Assembly (NCBI GenBank): GCA_964648855.1
Contig: CAZYLT010000008.1
Coordinates: forward strand, 81,156 to 113,155
DNA length: 32,000 bases
Reading direction: 5' to 3'
DNA from: an uncultured archaeon
GTDB taxonomy: Archaea; Asgardarchaeota; Thorarchaeia; Thorarchaeales; Thorarchaeaceae
The notes beneath the pieces are model-generated. The model did not search any database and had not been told where the DNA came from. It saw only the letters and a program-made list of their open reading frames with translations. A program made the position numbers and the translations under genes. Shown here one piece after another: positions 18,902-29,200 of the stretch (its first letter is position 1; every line of letters begins with the position of its first letter).

Positions 18902-21082
18902 TCATATTTTTGGCTTATCCCGCCTTTTTTGCCAAACAAACACAGCTGTTGCAATAATCAGAATAGCGATGCTGGCAACTACAATTTCAGGGTATGCTAA
19001 TTCGGCAGAAGTTACTCCAAGTTCTACAACATCTGAGGAAACAGAATTCAATCCCCAATCACTTGCTTCAACCCAAATACGTACATACTCGTTATCAGGT
19101 ATGGGTCCAATATTCGCGAACCATTTTCTCTCTTGTCTTTTGCAAACGTGTATAGTTTCCGTAGAATCTATTTCTACATGGACAGTCACATTATCGACAC
19201 CTGACAACGCGTCCCAAACGCGAACCGAAACCAAGTTGCCTTCTTCCGATAATGACTCCTGAACCAACTCCCATTCTTCAATGATGGGCGACTCCTGGTC
19301 AATAGTGGAATAGATGGCTCTGGTTAGCCAATCATTCGCTTCCTTCAAGGCCGAGTAACAGGCCGACCAATTCATCTTATAATACGCATCGTGTGCTCTA
19401 TCCCAATACTGTAAGATTCTGTCGTGGGCATTCGCAGTCTTCTGCAGAGCCGATGCCTCGATATTTCCAGCATGTTCTTGGTATCTAGATATTAGCCTTC
19501 CCTCCATTTGATCTACGTAAGTGCTTTGAACCCAGTTTTTATCAAATGTGCCCGTGCCGTTGTAGCTAGCGAAATAGCCCATGGGACTCAGGCTGAAGTC
19601 ACCAACGTAATGATGTGTATCCCATGTGTGTCCGATTCCGATCGCATGCATTGTTTCATGGAGCTGCATATAAGAGATTCCTGACTTCGGTGTTATGCCA
19701 TCAGCACGATAGTACCGTTCCCAGGATTTCCAAATGCAGGTCTGGCCACTACCACCCAGTCCCGTGTATTGCCTACCATAGACATGCATCTCCATGTTCT
19801 TCTTGATGAAGACAACTCCAAAGACGTTAATGTCCTCAGCAAAGATGTCAACATACTGATATCGCATATTCTCGTAGATGTCATTGAACATGGCCAGACC
19901 ATCAACGATTATCTTCCCACCTGACTCGGTTGCGTGGTCGCAGAACAGCTCGTTCCATTCGGGGTAGTCTGCAATATCCAAGAATTCTATGTCTACATCC
20001 CAGTCTATGAATGGTAGCAGCTCATCAAGATGGCTCTTCTGCATCTCCGCATCAGTGACCCATCGTAGGCTATCGACTGATATTCCCTCATCAACATCCA
20101 TGCCAAAGACTAGGCCCTTTAGAAATCCTGAATCTACATAGGAACTGGGTGAGTTCTGATTCGGAAGGAAGAGATAATTCACCGGGTCATAGGCCCACTC
20201 ATTCAGATATGTGCTGAGTTTGACTGCTATTTGTGGGTCTTCCTGATTCAGGCTATTCATCTTGTCCTCTAAGTCCTTCGTGCAATACTCGGGGGAATTG
20301 CTATAGTCTGGACCCTCATCCCACCATATTCTTGCCCATTGCAAATACCATTGGTCTGCTGACGGGTCGATAACGAAAAAGTTGTACCTGCCACCAAAAG
20401 CAGGATACTGTAGCTTGACAGAGGGATTGAGGCTATTGTCCCACTCTAGCCGGAACCAGTCCTGTTTCTCTCCACTATCGGGGTCAACTGGGTGGTAATC
20501 GTACCAATGCTCTATTGAATGATCTGAAGAATCTAATTTTGAATAATTCAGGAAGTATAGAACGTATCCTGGCTCTGGCGATTCCACTACAGGATTGTCA
20601 TTCAACCAGTCTTCTACGGGATATGCATCTATGACTCTGCCATCTCGTGGATAGAATATCCTCTGGGGGTTGTTGGGATGGGCTTTCTGATATTCGAGGG
20701 CATCTTCATCCAATAGTGACCCTGTCTCCGGTCCACTGAATGAGTTTGCCATAATGACATCTTCCAAGTCGTTAGCAAAGCCCTGACTGGCAAATCTCAC
20801 ATCATAGTCAATGAAATACTCTATTTGCTCATCGCCAATAGCATAGGCTCTGTAATGAGGCAGATCCTCAAGAATCGTATCCTGGTCTATCAGGTCTTCC
20901 TTGTAATTCACAAAAACGAGTTCAACCTTCCATTCTCTTGATACCGAGCTGAATTCTCCTTGTGAGAGATGGAATGCATGCTCTTGATGTACTACTGTTT
21001 CATTGCCTGCAGTGGAAGGAATTGCCACAAAAAGAAGTACAATGATGAACGCCCAGTATTTCATATCGAATCTAACATGCAT
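18902..21082 (-). CDS. Secreted, C-terminally membrane-anchored metzincin-type zinc metalloprotease
   Basis: Signal peptide MKYWAFIIVLLFVAIPSTA (start probably at this Met). HETMHAIGIGH (HExxHxxGxxH) at 19628-19660 and Met-turn-like SPMGY. Ig-like domain, then TM IVVASIAILIIATAVFVW followed by KRR. Confidence 0.8.
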   Translation of the reverse strand: MHVRFDMKYWAFIIVLLFVAIPSTAGNETVVHQEHAFHLSQGEFSSVSREWKVELVFVNYKEDLIDQDTILEDLPHYRAYAIGDEQIEYFIDYDVRFASQGFANDLEDVIMANSFSGPETGSLLDEDALEYQKAHPNNPQRIFYPRDGRVIDAYPVEDWLNDNPVVESPEPGYVLYFLNYSKLDSSDHSIEHWYDYHPVDPDSGEKQDWFRLEWDNSLNPSVKLQYPAFGGRYNFFVIDPSADQWYLQWARIWWDEGPDYSNSPEYCTKDLEDKMNSLNQEDPQIAVKLSTYLNEWAYDPVNYLFLPNQNSPSSYVDSGFLKGLVFGMDVDEGISVDSLRWVTDAEMQKSHLDELLPFIDWDVDIEFLDIADYPEWNELFCDHATESGGKIIVDGLAMFNDIYENMRYQYVDIFAEDINVFGVVFIKKNMEMHVYGRQYTGLGGSGQTCIWKSWERYYRADGITPKSGISYMQLHETMHAIGIGHTWDTHHYVGDFSLSPMGYFASYNGTGTFDKNWVQSTYVDQMEGRLISRYQEHAGNIEASALQKTANAHDRILQYWDRAHDAYYKMNWSACYSALKEANDWLTRAIYSTIDQESPIIEEWELVQESLSEEGNLVSVRVWDALSGVDNVTVHVEIDSTETIHVCKRQERKWFANIGPIPDNEYVRIWVEASDWGLNSVSSDVVELGVTSAELAYPEIVVASIAILIIATAVFVWQKRRDKPKI

Positions 21083-21134
21083 CTCCGATTATTAAGTTGG
21101 TCTTTGCACTAATGAGAGAATCCCATACGTAACA

Positions 21135-21168
21135 ATATCATATATATGGATATATTATGATATCATAA
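21135..21168. promoter_or_regulatory. TATA region with palindromic operator candidate
   Basis: TATATAT at 21141-21147 and perfect 14-bp palindrome TTATGATATCATAA at 21155-21168. Confidence 0.5.
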
Positions 21169-21171
21169 CAC

Positions 21172-21368
21172 GCGTCGGCTGGATTACAGTGATACCCTTA
21201 ATTCCGTTGCTCGCCTGAGCAAACCCTCCGAAAGCGGTGATTTCTGCCGGCGCTTTTCCTATCCACCCATAACCCCTATCATCTCGGGAAGTAGGTCGAG
21301 CAGGTTCCAAAGATATTCATGAATAGGCTGCTTGACCTCTTCCTTCCACACTTACCAAATTAGCCAGC
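21172..21368 (+). ncRNA. Candidate ~200-nt structured non-coding RNA of unknown family
   Basis: Closing stem 21174-21182/21360-21368, hairpins at 21207-21222 and 21231-21256, long hairpin 21287-21303/21328-21343. G-U pairs favour the + strand. TATA lies ~26 nt upstream. Confidence 0.55.
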
Positions 21369-21468
21369 ATAGTCTGTTTCTATACAATGAATTAATCTCA
21401 AGACCACAAATATCACAGGATTTTTCTATGCTTTGTATATTACTAACCATAGAATATTGGTGACAAAG

Positions 21469-21711
21469 ATGAAAGAGATCGGAGAGGTTACGAACTACTT
21501 TGCGAACATTGGTGTTGCAGCAATTATGCTAAGTGAAAAACTTGCAGTCGGTGATAAAATCAAGTTTGAAGGTGCAACAACTGATTTTGAGCAAGAAGTA
21601 GAATCTATGGAATATGAACGAGAGGAGATAATAGAAGGAGAAGCTGGTCAAGAAATTGCAGTCAAGACCAAGAAACGAGTACGCGAAGGCGACAAAGTCT
21701 TTCTCCTGTAA
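21469..21711 (+). CDS. Small translation-factor-like beta-barrel protein (resembles U32 peptidase C-terminal domain)
   Basis: IGEVTNYFANIGVAAI...LAVGDKI.FEG.TTDFEQEVESM...GQEIAVK...VREGDKVF. ATG 21469 has GGTGA upstream and is preferred over the TTG at 21433. Confidence 0.8.
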   Translation: MKEIGEVTNYFANIGVAAIMLSEKLAVGDKIKFEGATTDFEQEVESMEYEREEIIEGEAGQEIAVKTKKRVREGDKVFLL

Positions 21712-21847
21712 TTCCATGACAGCCTACGGCTGAGGAAACCTGAATCAGAAGAACCTTATGTGGAACCTGTTGATTCTTGTTGCTTATTGGATTGCAGTTT
21801 GCCTAGGATTATAAGTGACGCCATTAGGACACTATAGGTGATATTAG

Positions 21848-23323
21848 ATGGTGGCATTGCTTCATCTCATCATACATGTGCTCATCTACTCGGGTTCTGG
21901 GCTTGTTCTCTACTCGTTGCGACGAAGAGCTTCTCTCATTCCTATCTATGTGCATCTTGGGATTCTTCTTGTCTTCACATCCATGATGAGCAGCTTCTAT
22001 ATCTTAGAGATAACTGAAGGAATTGAAGTGGGGGGCGGCAGCATTGCGTATGCCGCTGTCCTTTGGACAGTGCTGTTTGTCTATATCATGGAGCGAGACC
22101 TGTCAGCAATCAAGCTGTTAATCCTTGGCATTCTAGCCGTTCAGTTTGTGTTTCTCTTTTCGTATCCGTATTTTGGATATCTTCTCAGCTATGAGGGCGT
22201 GACAAATCCCCTTGCTATCCCATCTGAGCTGTTTAATGTCAGTTTTGGCATATTCTGGGTTGGCAATATCCTGGCGTTGCTGGAGATGGTTGTGATGATA
22301 TTTTTTGTGGAACGAATTAGAGAAAGACTCACGAGCATTCCATTGTGGATTATTGTGTCAGGAGTCTATATCTTGACCCTCATCCTTGATGGTGTTCTTT
22401 ACCCCATCTTTGCTTATCCGGTTACCCAATCAATATCAATCGTCCAAGGCATTTCATCGCTGTTAAGCAAGATACTCCTCGGTTTAGCATACAGTCTCAT
22501 GTTTTCTGTAGGTATCACATTGCTGAAGCCTAGTAGTGGGTGGAGCAAGGATAAGAAACATCTCACCCTTGGCGATATGATATCTATGCCTAAAACCAAA
22601 GTGATTGACGCTTGGGAAAAGGTTGTCAAGAATCAGAAGATGGTAAGCTTGCTGCTTCGAATACTAGGTCATGACATCCGTAACTACAATTCCATGACAA
22701 TCAGCGCTCTTGAGGCACTTCAGCTAGAGCATCCTGACCTAGATGGTGACGTTCAAACAATGTTAGCTGAGATAGAAAAACTCCAATACCAATCAACGGA
22801 GCTTCTTAGCAATACAGTAACTCTGGGAGCTCTTCAAGGTGGCGACATCGAGGTGATAGCAATAGAATTGAAGAAGAAACTGAATGAGGCAAAGGCTAGA
22901 GTTGATATTTCATATCCTGACATCCATGTTGAGTTAGTAGGTGGCAAGTCCCTTGACGGAGCGTATGTTCTGGGAAATGAGTTGATTGATGTGGCGCTTT
23001 ACAACATACTATCCAACATGGTCAAACACAGAAAGCCAAGTCAGTCAAAGGTCTTCGTTGATGTCGAATCAGAAATCAATTCGGGTTTTCTACATCTCAT
23101 ACTCTCCGACCATGGAGTCGGAATCCCAGATCATAGGAAAGAAAGCATTTTTGATAGCATCGAAGCTAGACCCCGGAATTCAGATTTTGGGCTTTTTTTG
23201 GTAAGGAGGATTTTGAGTTTGGCAGATGCGAAGATACATGTTAGAAATAGGCCTGATTCGCCTGATGACCACAACAAGGGAACTTCATTTCATCTCAGGT
23301 TCCCTCTATCAGAGGCCTGTTAG
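21848..23323 (+). CDS. Membrane sensor histidine kinase with VUT/YhhQ-like multi-TM input domain
   Basis: About 7 TM helices. H-box LGHDIRN, N-box YNILSNMVKH, G1 SDHGVGIPD, FGLFLV, GTSF. Confidence 0.85.
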   Translation: MVALLHLIIHVLIYSGSGLVLYSLRRRASLIPIYVHLGILLVFTSMMSSFYILEITEGIEVGGGSIAYAAVLWTVLFVYIMERDLSAIKLLILGILAVQFVFLFSYPYFGYLLSYEGVTNPLAIPSELFNVSFGIFWVGNILALLEMVVMIFFVERIRERLTSIPLWIIVSGVYILTLILDGVLYPIFAYPVTQSISIVQGISSLLSKILLGLAYSLMFSVGITLLKPSSGWSKDKKHLTLGDMISMPKTKVIDAWEKVVKNQKMVSLLLRILGHDIRNYNSMTISALEALQLEHPDLDGDVQTMLAEIEKLQYQSTELLSNTVTLGALQGGDIEVIAIELKKKLNEAKARVDISYPDIHVELVGGKSLDGAYVLGNELIDVALYNILSNMVKHRKPSQSKVFVDVESEINSGFLHLILSDHGVGIPDHRKESIFDSIEARPRNSDFGLFLVRRILSLADAKIHVRNRPDSPDDHNKGTSFHLRFPLSEAC

Positions 23324-23462
23324 CTTGGATAAGCTGTTCGCTTCCAGAGCTGAATAAAGCAACCATCCGAAAATAGAACAGCGCTCATTTGTTGGCAATA
23401 TCAAGTACAGGTTGCTCCCAATGGCTAGTATTTGCATTAGCGCTGATGAACTCGAAAATGAA

Positions 23463-23478
23463 GTGCCAGAAAAGGCAC
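23463..23478. terminator. Hairpin between convergent kinase genes
   Basis: GTGCC-agaaaa-GGCAC. Confidence 0.3.
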
Positions 23479-23505
23479 CGATTAAATCAGTCCAAGTCCT
23501 CAGAT

Positions 23506-25299
23506 TCATATATTATGGCGGGGAAAGAGCACCCGAAAATCAGCACCTTTGGAATGATCCCCAGGGATTCTATTCCGAACCTGTACAAATCCTCCATATT
23601 TCTCTGCTATCTGAGACACCTGGTGAAGACCCACTCCACCATATCTCCTATGTGGGTCGAAGATTTCTCCCCGCCTTATTTCAGAGAGACCTGCGCCGTC
23701 ATCTTTGACTGAAAGCTCGTAGCCTTTGATGCCTCTCTCAAGACGAACCCATACCCGCTTTTGTTCATGGGGATTATTCTCAACTGCATTTTCTAGAAGA
23801 TTTGACATCAAATATTCCAGGTTGTCATCTGCAAGAATGACTGGCTCTACAGGCTGAATCTCAACATCAATCTCTACGCGTTTATGCATGGTTCTAAATC
23901 CATTCACCGTGTTCAGAATCGCGGTATCAAGTCTTCGCGTTCTGAGAGGTTTCTTAGAGAGGTCCTCTGTTTGTTTTAGCTTGTCTATCAAACGCGCAAT
24001 CTTGTGGACCCCCTCACTTAATGCATTCAATGCGTCTTTATTCATTTCTTCGCCACTTGACCACTCCAACATGTCTGTTGCCATCGCGATTCCTTGGAGA
24101 TGATTTCGCACATCGTGGCCAAGCAGGTCAAGATAGAGATTTGCAGAGACCTCCGCCCTCTTAAGCTGGGTGATATCCCTAATTGACCACACTCGAGCAA
24201 CCACCTCTTCATCCTCTGCCAGAGCGCTGGTGTAGCACTCATAGGTCGTCCCATTTCTGTATCTCAACAGTGTTTTCCAATCCATATCTGAGTCCTGAAT
24301 ACCCTTGGCTTTTTCTAGGAATTGATTTCCATTCTCTATAAGCGACTTGAGAGCTGAAAATATGTCCTGGGCTCGCATCGTGTCAAGTTCAACACCAGGG
24401 AATGAGAAGTTGTCTTCAAATGATTTGTTCCAATACATAGGATATCCCGCAGAGTCAACAACAAGAATGCCTGAGTCTACTGCTTCAATTGTCGCTGCAT
24501 AAAGGCTCTCCACATTCTTGATAGCTAGTGCCGCTTCTTTCGTTTCTGAAATGTCTCGAATACCGGCAACAATGTGGCTGGATTCGGGATGAAGAGCAAG
24601 TGTTGCCGAGTAGTATTTTTCCCCATCGCCGCTATCTAATACGTACTCTAAGGTTTCTATGCCCCCGTGACTGCGTAATCTACTCATTACCTGAAGGTGT
24701 TGTCTTGCCACGTCTGGCGGAAGAACGTCTCGGATATGCTTTCCAAGGAATTCTGATGGTGGGGCATACAGGAGCTTTTCATCAGATGTGTAATAGTCAG
24801 AATAATGGTTGTTCTCATCTATTACAAAGACAATATCGTGCAAGTTCTCAATCAATTCCCTGAACTTTCGCTCGCTCGCTCTCAAAGCTGCCTTCACTTC
24901 TCTTTCCTGCCGCATCAACCTCTCTTTGACCAACGTGTCGTCCATAGTTTTTAGAAGATGCTCGATATCGAGAGGCTTGGTCATATATGCGACAGCATTT
25001 GTGTTAAGAGACTTGATAGCACTATCAAACGATGCATAGCCTGTTATCATAATTATCGGGATATCTGATTGCATCCGTTCAATTTGTCTTAGGAGTTCCG
25101 TCCCATCATAATCTGGCAAACGTACGTCAAGAAGCGCAATATCGAAACGCTCCTCCTCCATTAGTTGTAGAGCTTCTGTCCCCGTCCTAGCCACACACGT
25201 TCCATACCCCTCTCTCTTGAATATATGTTTCAAGGTTTGACATAGACTCTCGTTATCATCAATGACAAGGATATTGGCCGATTTACTGTAGTTCTCCAT
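23506..25299 (-). CDS. Hybrid REC-PAS-PAS histidine kinase
   Basis: ILVIDD...LLDVRLPDYDG...MITG...YMTKP receiver, two PAS-like domains, LGHDVRN, NLLENA, DDGAG, GGVGL. Start likely MENYSK (25299); the ORF track extends to 25365. Confidence 0.9.
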   Translation of the reverse strand: MENYSKSANILVIDDNESLCQTLKHIFKREGYGTCVARTGTEALQLMEEERFDIALLDVRLPDYDGTELLRQIERMQSDIPIIMITGYASFDSAIKSLNTNAVAYMTKPLDIEHLLKTMDDTLVKERLMRQEREVKAALRASERKFRELIENLHDIVFVIDENNHYSDYYTSDEKLLYAPPSEFLGKHIRDVLPPDVARQHLQVMSRLRSHGGIETLEYVLDSGDGEKYYSATLALHPESSHIVAGIRDISETKEAALAIKNVESLYAATIEAVDSGILVVDSAGYPMYWNKSFEDNFSFPGVELDTMRAQDIFSALKSLIENGNQFLEKAKGIQDSDMDWKTLLRYRNGTTYECYTSALAEDEEVVARVWSIRDITQLKRAEVSANLYLDLLGHDVRNHLQGIAMATDMLEWSSGEEMNKDALNALSEGVHKIARLIDKLKQTEDLSKKPLRTRRLDTAILNTVNGFRTMHKRVEIDVEIQPVEPVILADDNLEYLMSNLLENAVENNPHEQKRVWVRLERGIKGYELSVKDDGAGLSEIRRGEIFDPHRRYGGVGLHQVSQIAEKYGGFVQVRNRIPGDHSKGADFRVLFPRHNI

Positions 25300-25474
25300 T
25301 TTCGTCGTCAAAGAAGATGGCCTCCATATCCCCCTCTTCTGTAGCTTATGAAGATGCTGGTACATCTTGAAGCTGGATCTTCACTTGAGGATTCCTGTAA
25401 GCATTCATTTGTTCCTGCTGAAAGACTTTCTATCCGGAACGGCACAGACGCTCCAATAGCCGTCAAGTCTAGAG

Positions 25475-26233
25475 CTATTCAACTCGCCTCCTTGAAAATA
25501 TATCTCTCATCATAGAGAATAGCTTTTCTAGATCGAGCGGCTTTTCTAAACAGGCATAGGCCGAATGGAAAAGTGCACTGGCAACCTCTTCACTTAGCCT
25601 CGAATAGAAGCCTGTGATTAGAATAATAATGGATTCCGGGTCGTCCTCCCTCATCTTGAGAAAAGTTTGGAGTCCATTCATATCAGGCATGTTCATGTCC
25701 ATAAGGACAATGTCACAATCTTCTTTTCTAGCGATTTGAATGGCATTCCCGCCGCTGTCAGTTGTTAGTACAGTAAAGCCCTGACGCTCGAGTACTCTTC
25801 TAGATGATTCTAGAAATGATGTATCATCATCTACCACTAGGATTAACCCTTGCTGCTGAAGATTATTCACATTATTGATGAGCTCCAGAACTTTAGTGAA
25901 GTCTACTGGTTTGTGGAGAACACCGCCTGCGCCTTCCTCAAAGGATTCTCGAATGCGATCCTCAACCGAGTATGCGGTCATCATAATTACAACCACATTT
26001 GGAATAATTGGCTTGATTTCTTTAAGGGCTTCAACTCCATTCATACTTGGCATTCTGATATCCATGAAGATTATGTCAATATCGTGGTTCTGCTTAGCTA
26101 TTGCTATTGCCTCTGCCCCACTATTTGCAGTCTTGACTGAATGTCCTAGTCGGTTGAGGACCTGCGACATGGTCCGAACAATGCTTTGGTTGTCGTCAAC
26201 TATGAGTATATTCAAAAGCTTGGACATGGTCAT
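25475..26233 (-). CDS. Tandem double-receiver response regulator (no output domain)
   Basis: Two complete REC domains (IVDD/FMDIRMP/MTAY/HKP and VVDD/LMDMNMP/ITG/EKP). ATG at 26233 overlaps the upstream TGA. Confidence 0.9.
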   Translation of the reverse strand: MTMSKLLNILIVDDNQSIVRTMSQVLNRLGHSVKTANSGAEAIAIAKQNHDIDIIFMDIRMPSMNGVEALKEIKPIIPNVVVIMMTAYSVEDRIRESFEEGAGGVLHKPVDFTKVLELINNVNNLQQQGLILVVDDDTSFLESSRRVLERQGFTVLTTDSGGNAIQIARKEDCDIVLMDMNMPDMNGLQTFLKMREDDPESIIILITGFYSRLSEEVASALFHSAYACLEKPLDLEKLFSMMRDIFSRRRVE

Positions 26234-29200
26234 CAAGTCTCCTTGCGGAGCGGCAAATAGACAGTGAAACAAGCACCTTTGTTAGGGTTGTTTGATGCCT
26301 CAATTCTCCCCTGATGGGCTTCAATCATGGACTTCGCTATGGCAAGCCCAAGGCCAATTCCTTTGGTTTTTCTTGTGAAAAGGGGTTCGAAGATTTTCTC
26401 CAATTCATCTTGTGCTATGCCTGTTCCGGTATCAGCCACCGAAACAGCTACCTCATCTGTAGTAGTTTGCCGGATTTTGACGTCTATTTTACCCTCTCCG
26501 GATATAGATTCAATTGCGTTAGATATAATGTTCTCAAACACGGATTTGAGTTGAACTGGATCGGCCAGAATGGTTGATTTGTTAATTTTTTCTTCAATCT
26601 GCATTGTTATGTTGTCTGGAATGTCAATATCATCCATAACCTCTCTCAAGACATCTGTGATCTCAACTTTCTTCCTCGTCGGAGGCTCTGGACGCGCAAA
26701 GCTCAATAAACTTTCGATGATATCTACTGCATTATTAAGCTCCTTATCTATGATGTTGAGTGTTTCACGGACTTCTTCGTCGTGGCTGTCGATGGCCATT
26801 CGAAGGAAATAGACTCCATTACTGATTGAAGCCAATGGGTTTCTAAGTTCGTGTCCAATACCTCCGCTGAGTTTGCCTAAGGCAGCCAGTCGTTCTTTCC
26901 GAAGCAACTCATTTTGAAGCCGCCTCAATTCTGACATATCTCGTGCAACAACAATGAAGTGTATGGGTTTCCCCTTCTTATCTCTAAGGACACTAACATT
27001 CAGAAGCGAAGGAACTCTACTACCATCCCTTCTCAAAAGGTCATACTCAAGATTACGTAGACTCCCAACTTCTTTGATTCGTTCGTTGTTCCTGACCACC
27101 CTTTCCTGGTCTTCTGGAGCAATCAATTCTCGTCTATTTCTTCCGATCATCTCCTCATGACTGTCAAACCCATGAATCTTCAGAGCCATGCGATTAACTA
27201 TGACAATCTGCATGTTCAAGTCAGTGACAACAACAGCGACTGGGATGATTTCAAGCATTGTTCGATACAGCTCTTGGCTCTCGCGAAGCTGGATGGTTCT
27301 TTCCTCTATTCTTCTTTCAAGGGTTTCATTGAGTTCCTTGAGCTCTTTCTCCGCCTTCTTCTGCCTGGTGACATCAGTTGATAATACAAGAATTTGGTCT
27401 ACTTCGTTCGCGGTATTCCTGATCGGAACCGCTCTCACCAAAAAAGTTCTGTTGCCATATTCTCCCTCAAATTGCACTTTATTTCCATTGAGCACTCTTC
27501 CGTACTGCTCAGTTACAATCCTAGCAAAATCTTCAGGCAGGACCTCAAACACACTCTTACCCCGAAGTGCTTCATCGGAGAGACCAACTGATTGCAGCAA
27601 TTCACCTGCACTGAACAGGTACCTGAAGTTACTATCCATCACATGAACGATGCCGCCAGGGATGCTGTTTGCGATGATCTCATAGTTCTGTTCTAACTCT
27701 GTTCTTTTTGTGATATCTTGAACTTGGATAACGATCTGGTGGGGCTTTCCCTTTAAATCATGAACAATCGATGCGTTGACGATAACGAAGACATAGCCAC
27801 TATCTTTTCGTTTGAATATAGTTTCGAACGATACCCGTTCCTTCATACCATTGACTAGGGCTTGAATATCCGTTTTGCCTGTGCTTTTGTTCTCTTCAGC
27901 ATCCAGCTCCCATAGGTTCATTGTTAGCAGTTCTTCTTTCTGATACCCAACTAAATTGCAGAACGATTTGTTACTATCTAGAACCTCGCCCCTTAGGTTT
28001 GTAGCAACGATTCCGATTGCAGCTCCCTCGATTGCCATACCAAGAAGCTGCTCCCTCTCCTTGATCTCCCTCTGCATTTGCTCTTTCGACAATTCATGTG
28101 CAATGAGATTTGTCACCTCACGAATAAGTGACAGCTCTTCTTTCAAGAACGGACCGTGATCCTCGTCAGGTCGTTCTTCGGAGTATGCCACGGCAAGTTC
28201 TAATTCCTCCTCAGGATATATGAGTGCGTCCGACTTGAGAATCCAATCTGTTTCATGGAACCCTTCTGTCATCATACTCTGTTTTCCGTGTCGGATGCGT
28301 ACCTCTGTGATGTCCGGGAATTGCCACCCTTGTCTGATTGGCTCAAGTAGCTCTCTCATCCATTCCAATTCAGATTGGGTTTCAGCTCGCACGATTCTGC
28401 TAACGCTGTAAAGACAGGTTTGCTCCTTCACACGTTCTCGAAGAACATTATTTGCCTCTCTAAGCTCTTGTGTTCGATGTTGAACAAGTGATTCTAGCTC
28501 ACGATTCAACCGACGCAGGTCATCCTCAGCATGCCGTCTGGCTTGTTCAGACTGGTGTTTAGACCAAGCTATGGAGAGGTCAGCAGCAATCTCTCGTAGG
28601 AGTTCAATCTCCTGCTCATCTAAGGCCTTCCTCCTTCGTACGATAACCTGCAAGATTCCAATCGTATTTTCACTATCAGTGATGGGAATTGTAACAGTCC
28701 AAAACGGCTCTGGTCCACATTCCACACGATATGTACATTCGATGCAGTCACTTGCAGAATCAATAAGCTGTACCTTGCCTTGGGTGATACTATCTAAGAC
28801 GCAATCTGGCGCGTCGCCTTCTCCATGGGTCGTGGCTGACCAACTGACTTTCATCTGAGCTTCGCCTGCGTGAGCCTGGGGTCTGATCATGTCTCCCTCC
28901 TCTATTGCAAAGGCTATGGCACATCCAATGTATCCCCTGGCTTCGACGAGTGATGAACAGGTCTTCTCAAGCATCTTATTGAAATCCTGTTCTTGGACGA
29001 TAATCTGATTGACATTCCTGATAGCAAGAAGCAGAGAACTGACATGGGAACTCTGCAGCCAAGATTGAAGAGATTCAGACTCTGAGGCATCTGGGTCCGT
29101 GAGATTCTTGAATGACCAAAAGATTCCAACAGGGGTTTTTCCTTCAACCAATATGGAAGCATCGACCCAATAGCTAGTTTGGCGTCCTGCCGGAATATCT

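Noticed and set aside
21716-21733. ATGA-hairpin-GA as a possible SECIS
   Set aside because: The stem is far too short and the upstream gene has no in-frame TGA. At most a terminator-like hairpin.
23431-23463. Hammerhead-like core CATTA-gcg-CTGATGA-actc-GAAAATG
   Set aside because: Stems I and II are only 3 and 4 nt and cannot form, so this is likely coincidental.
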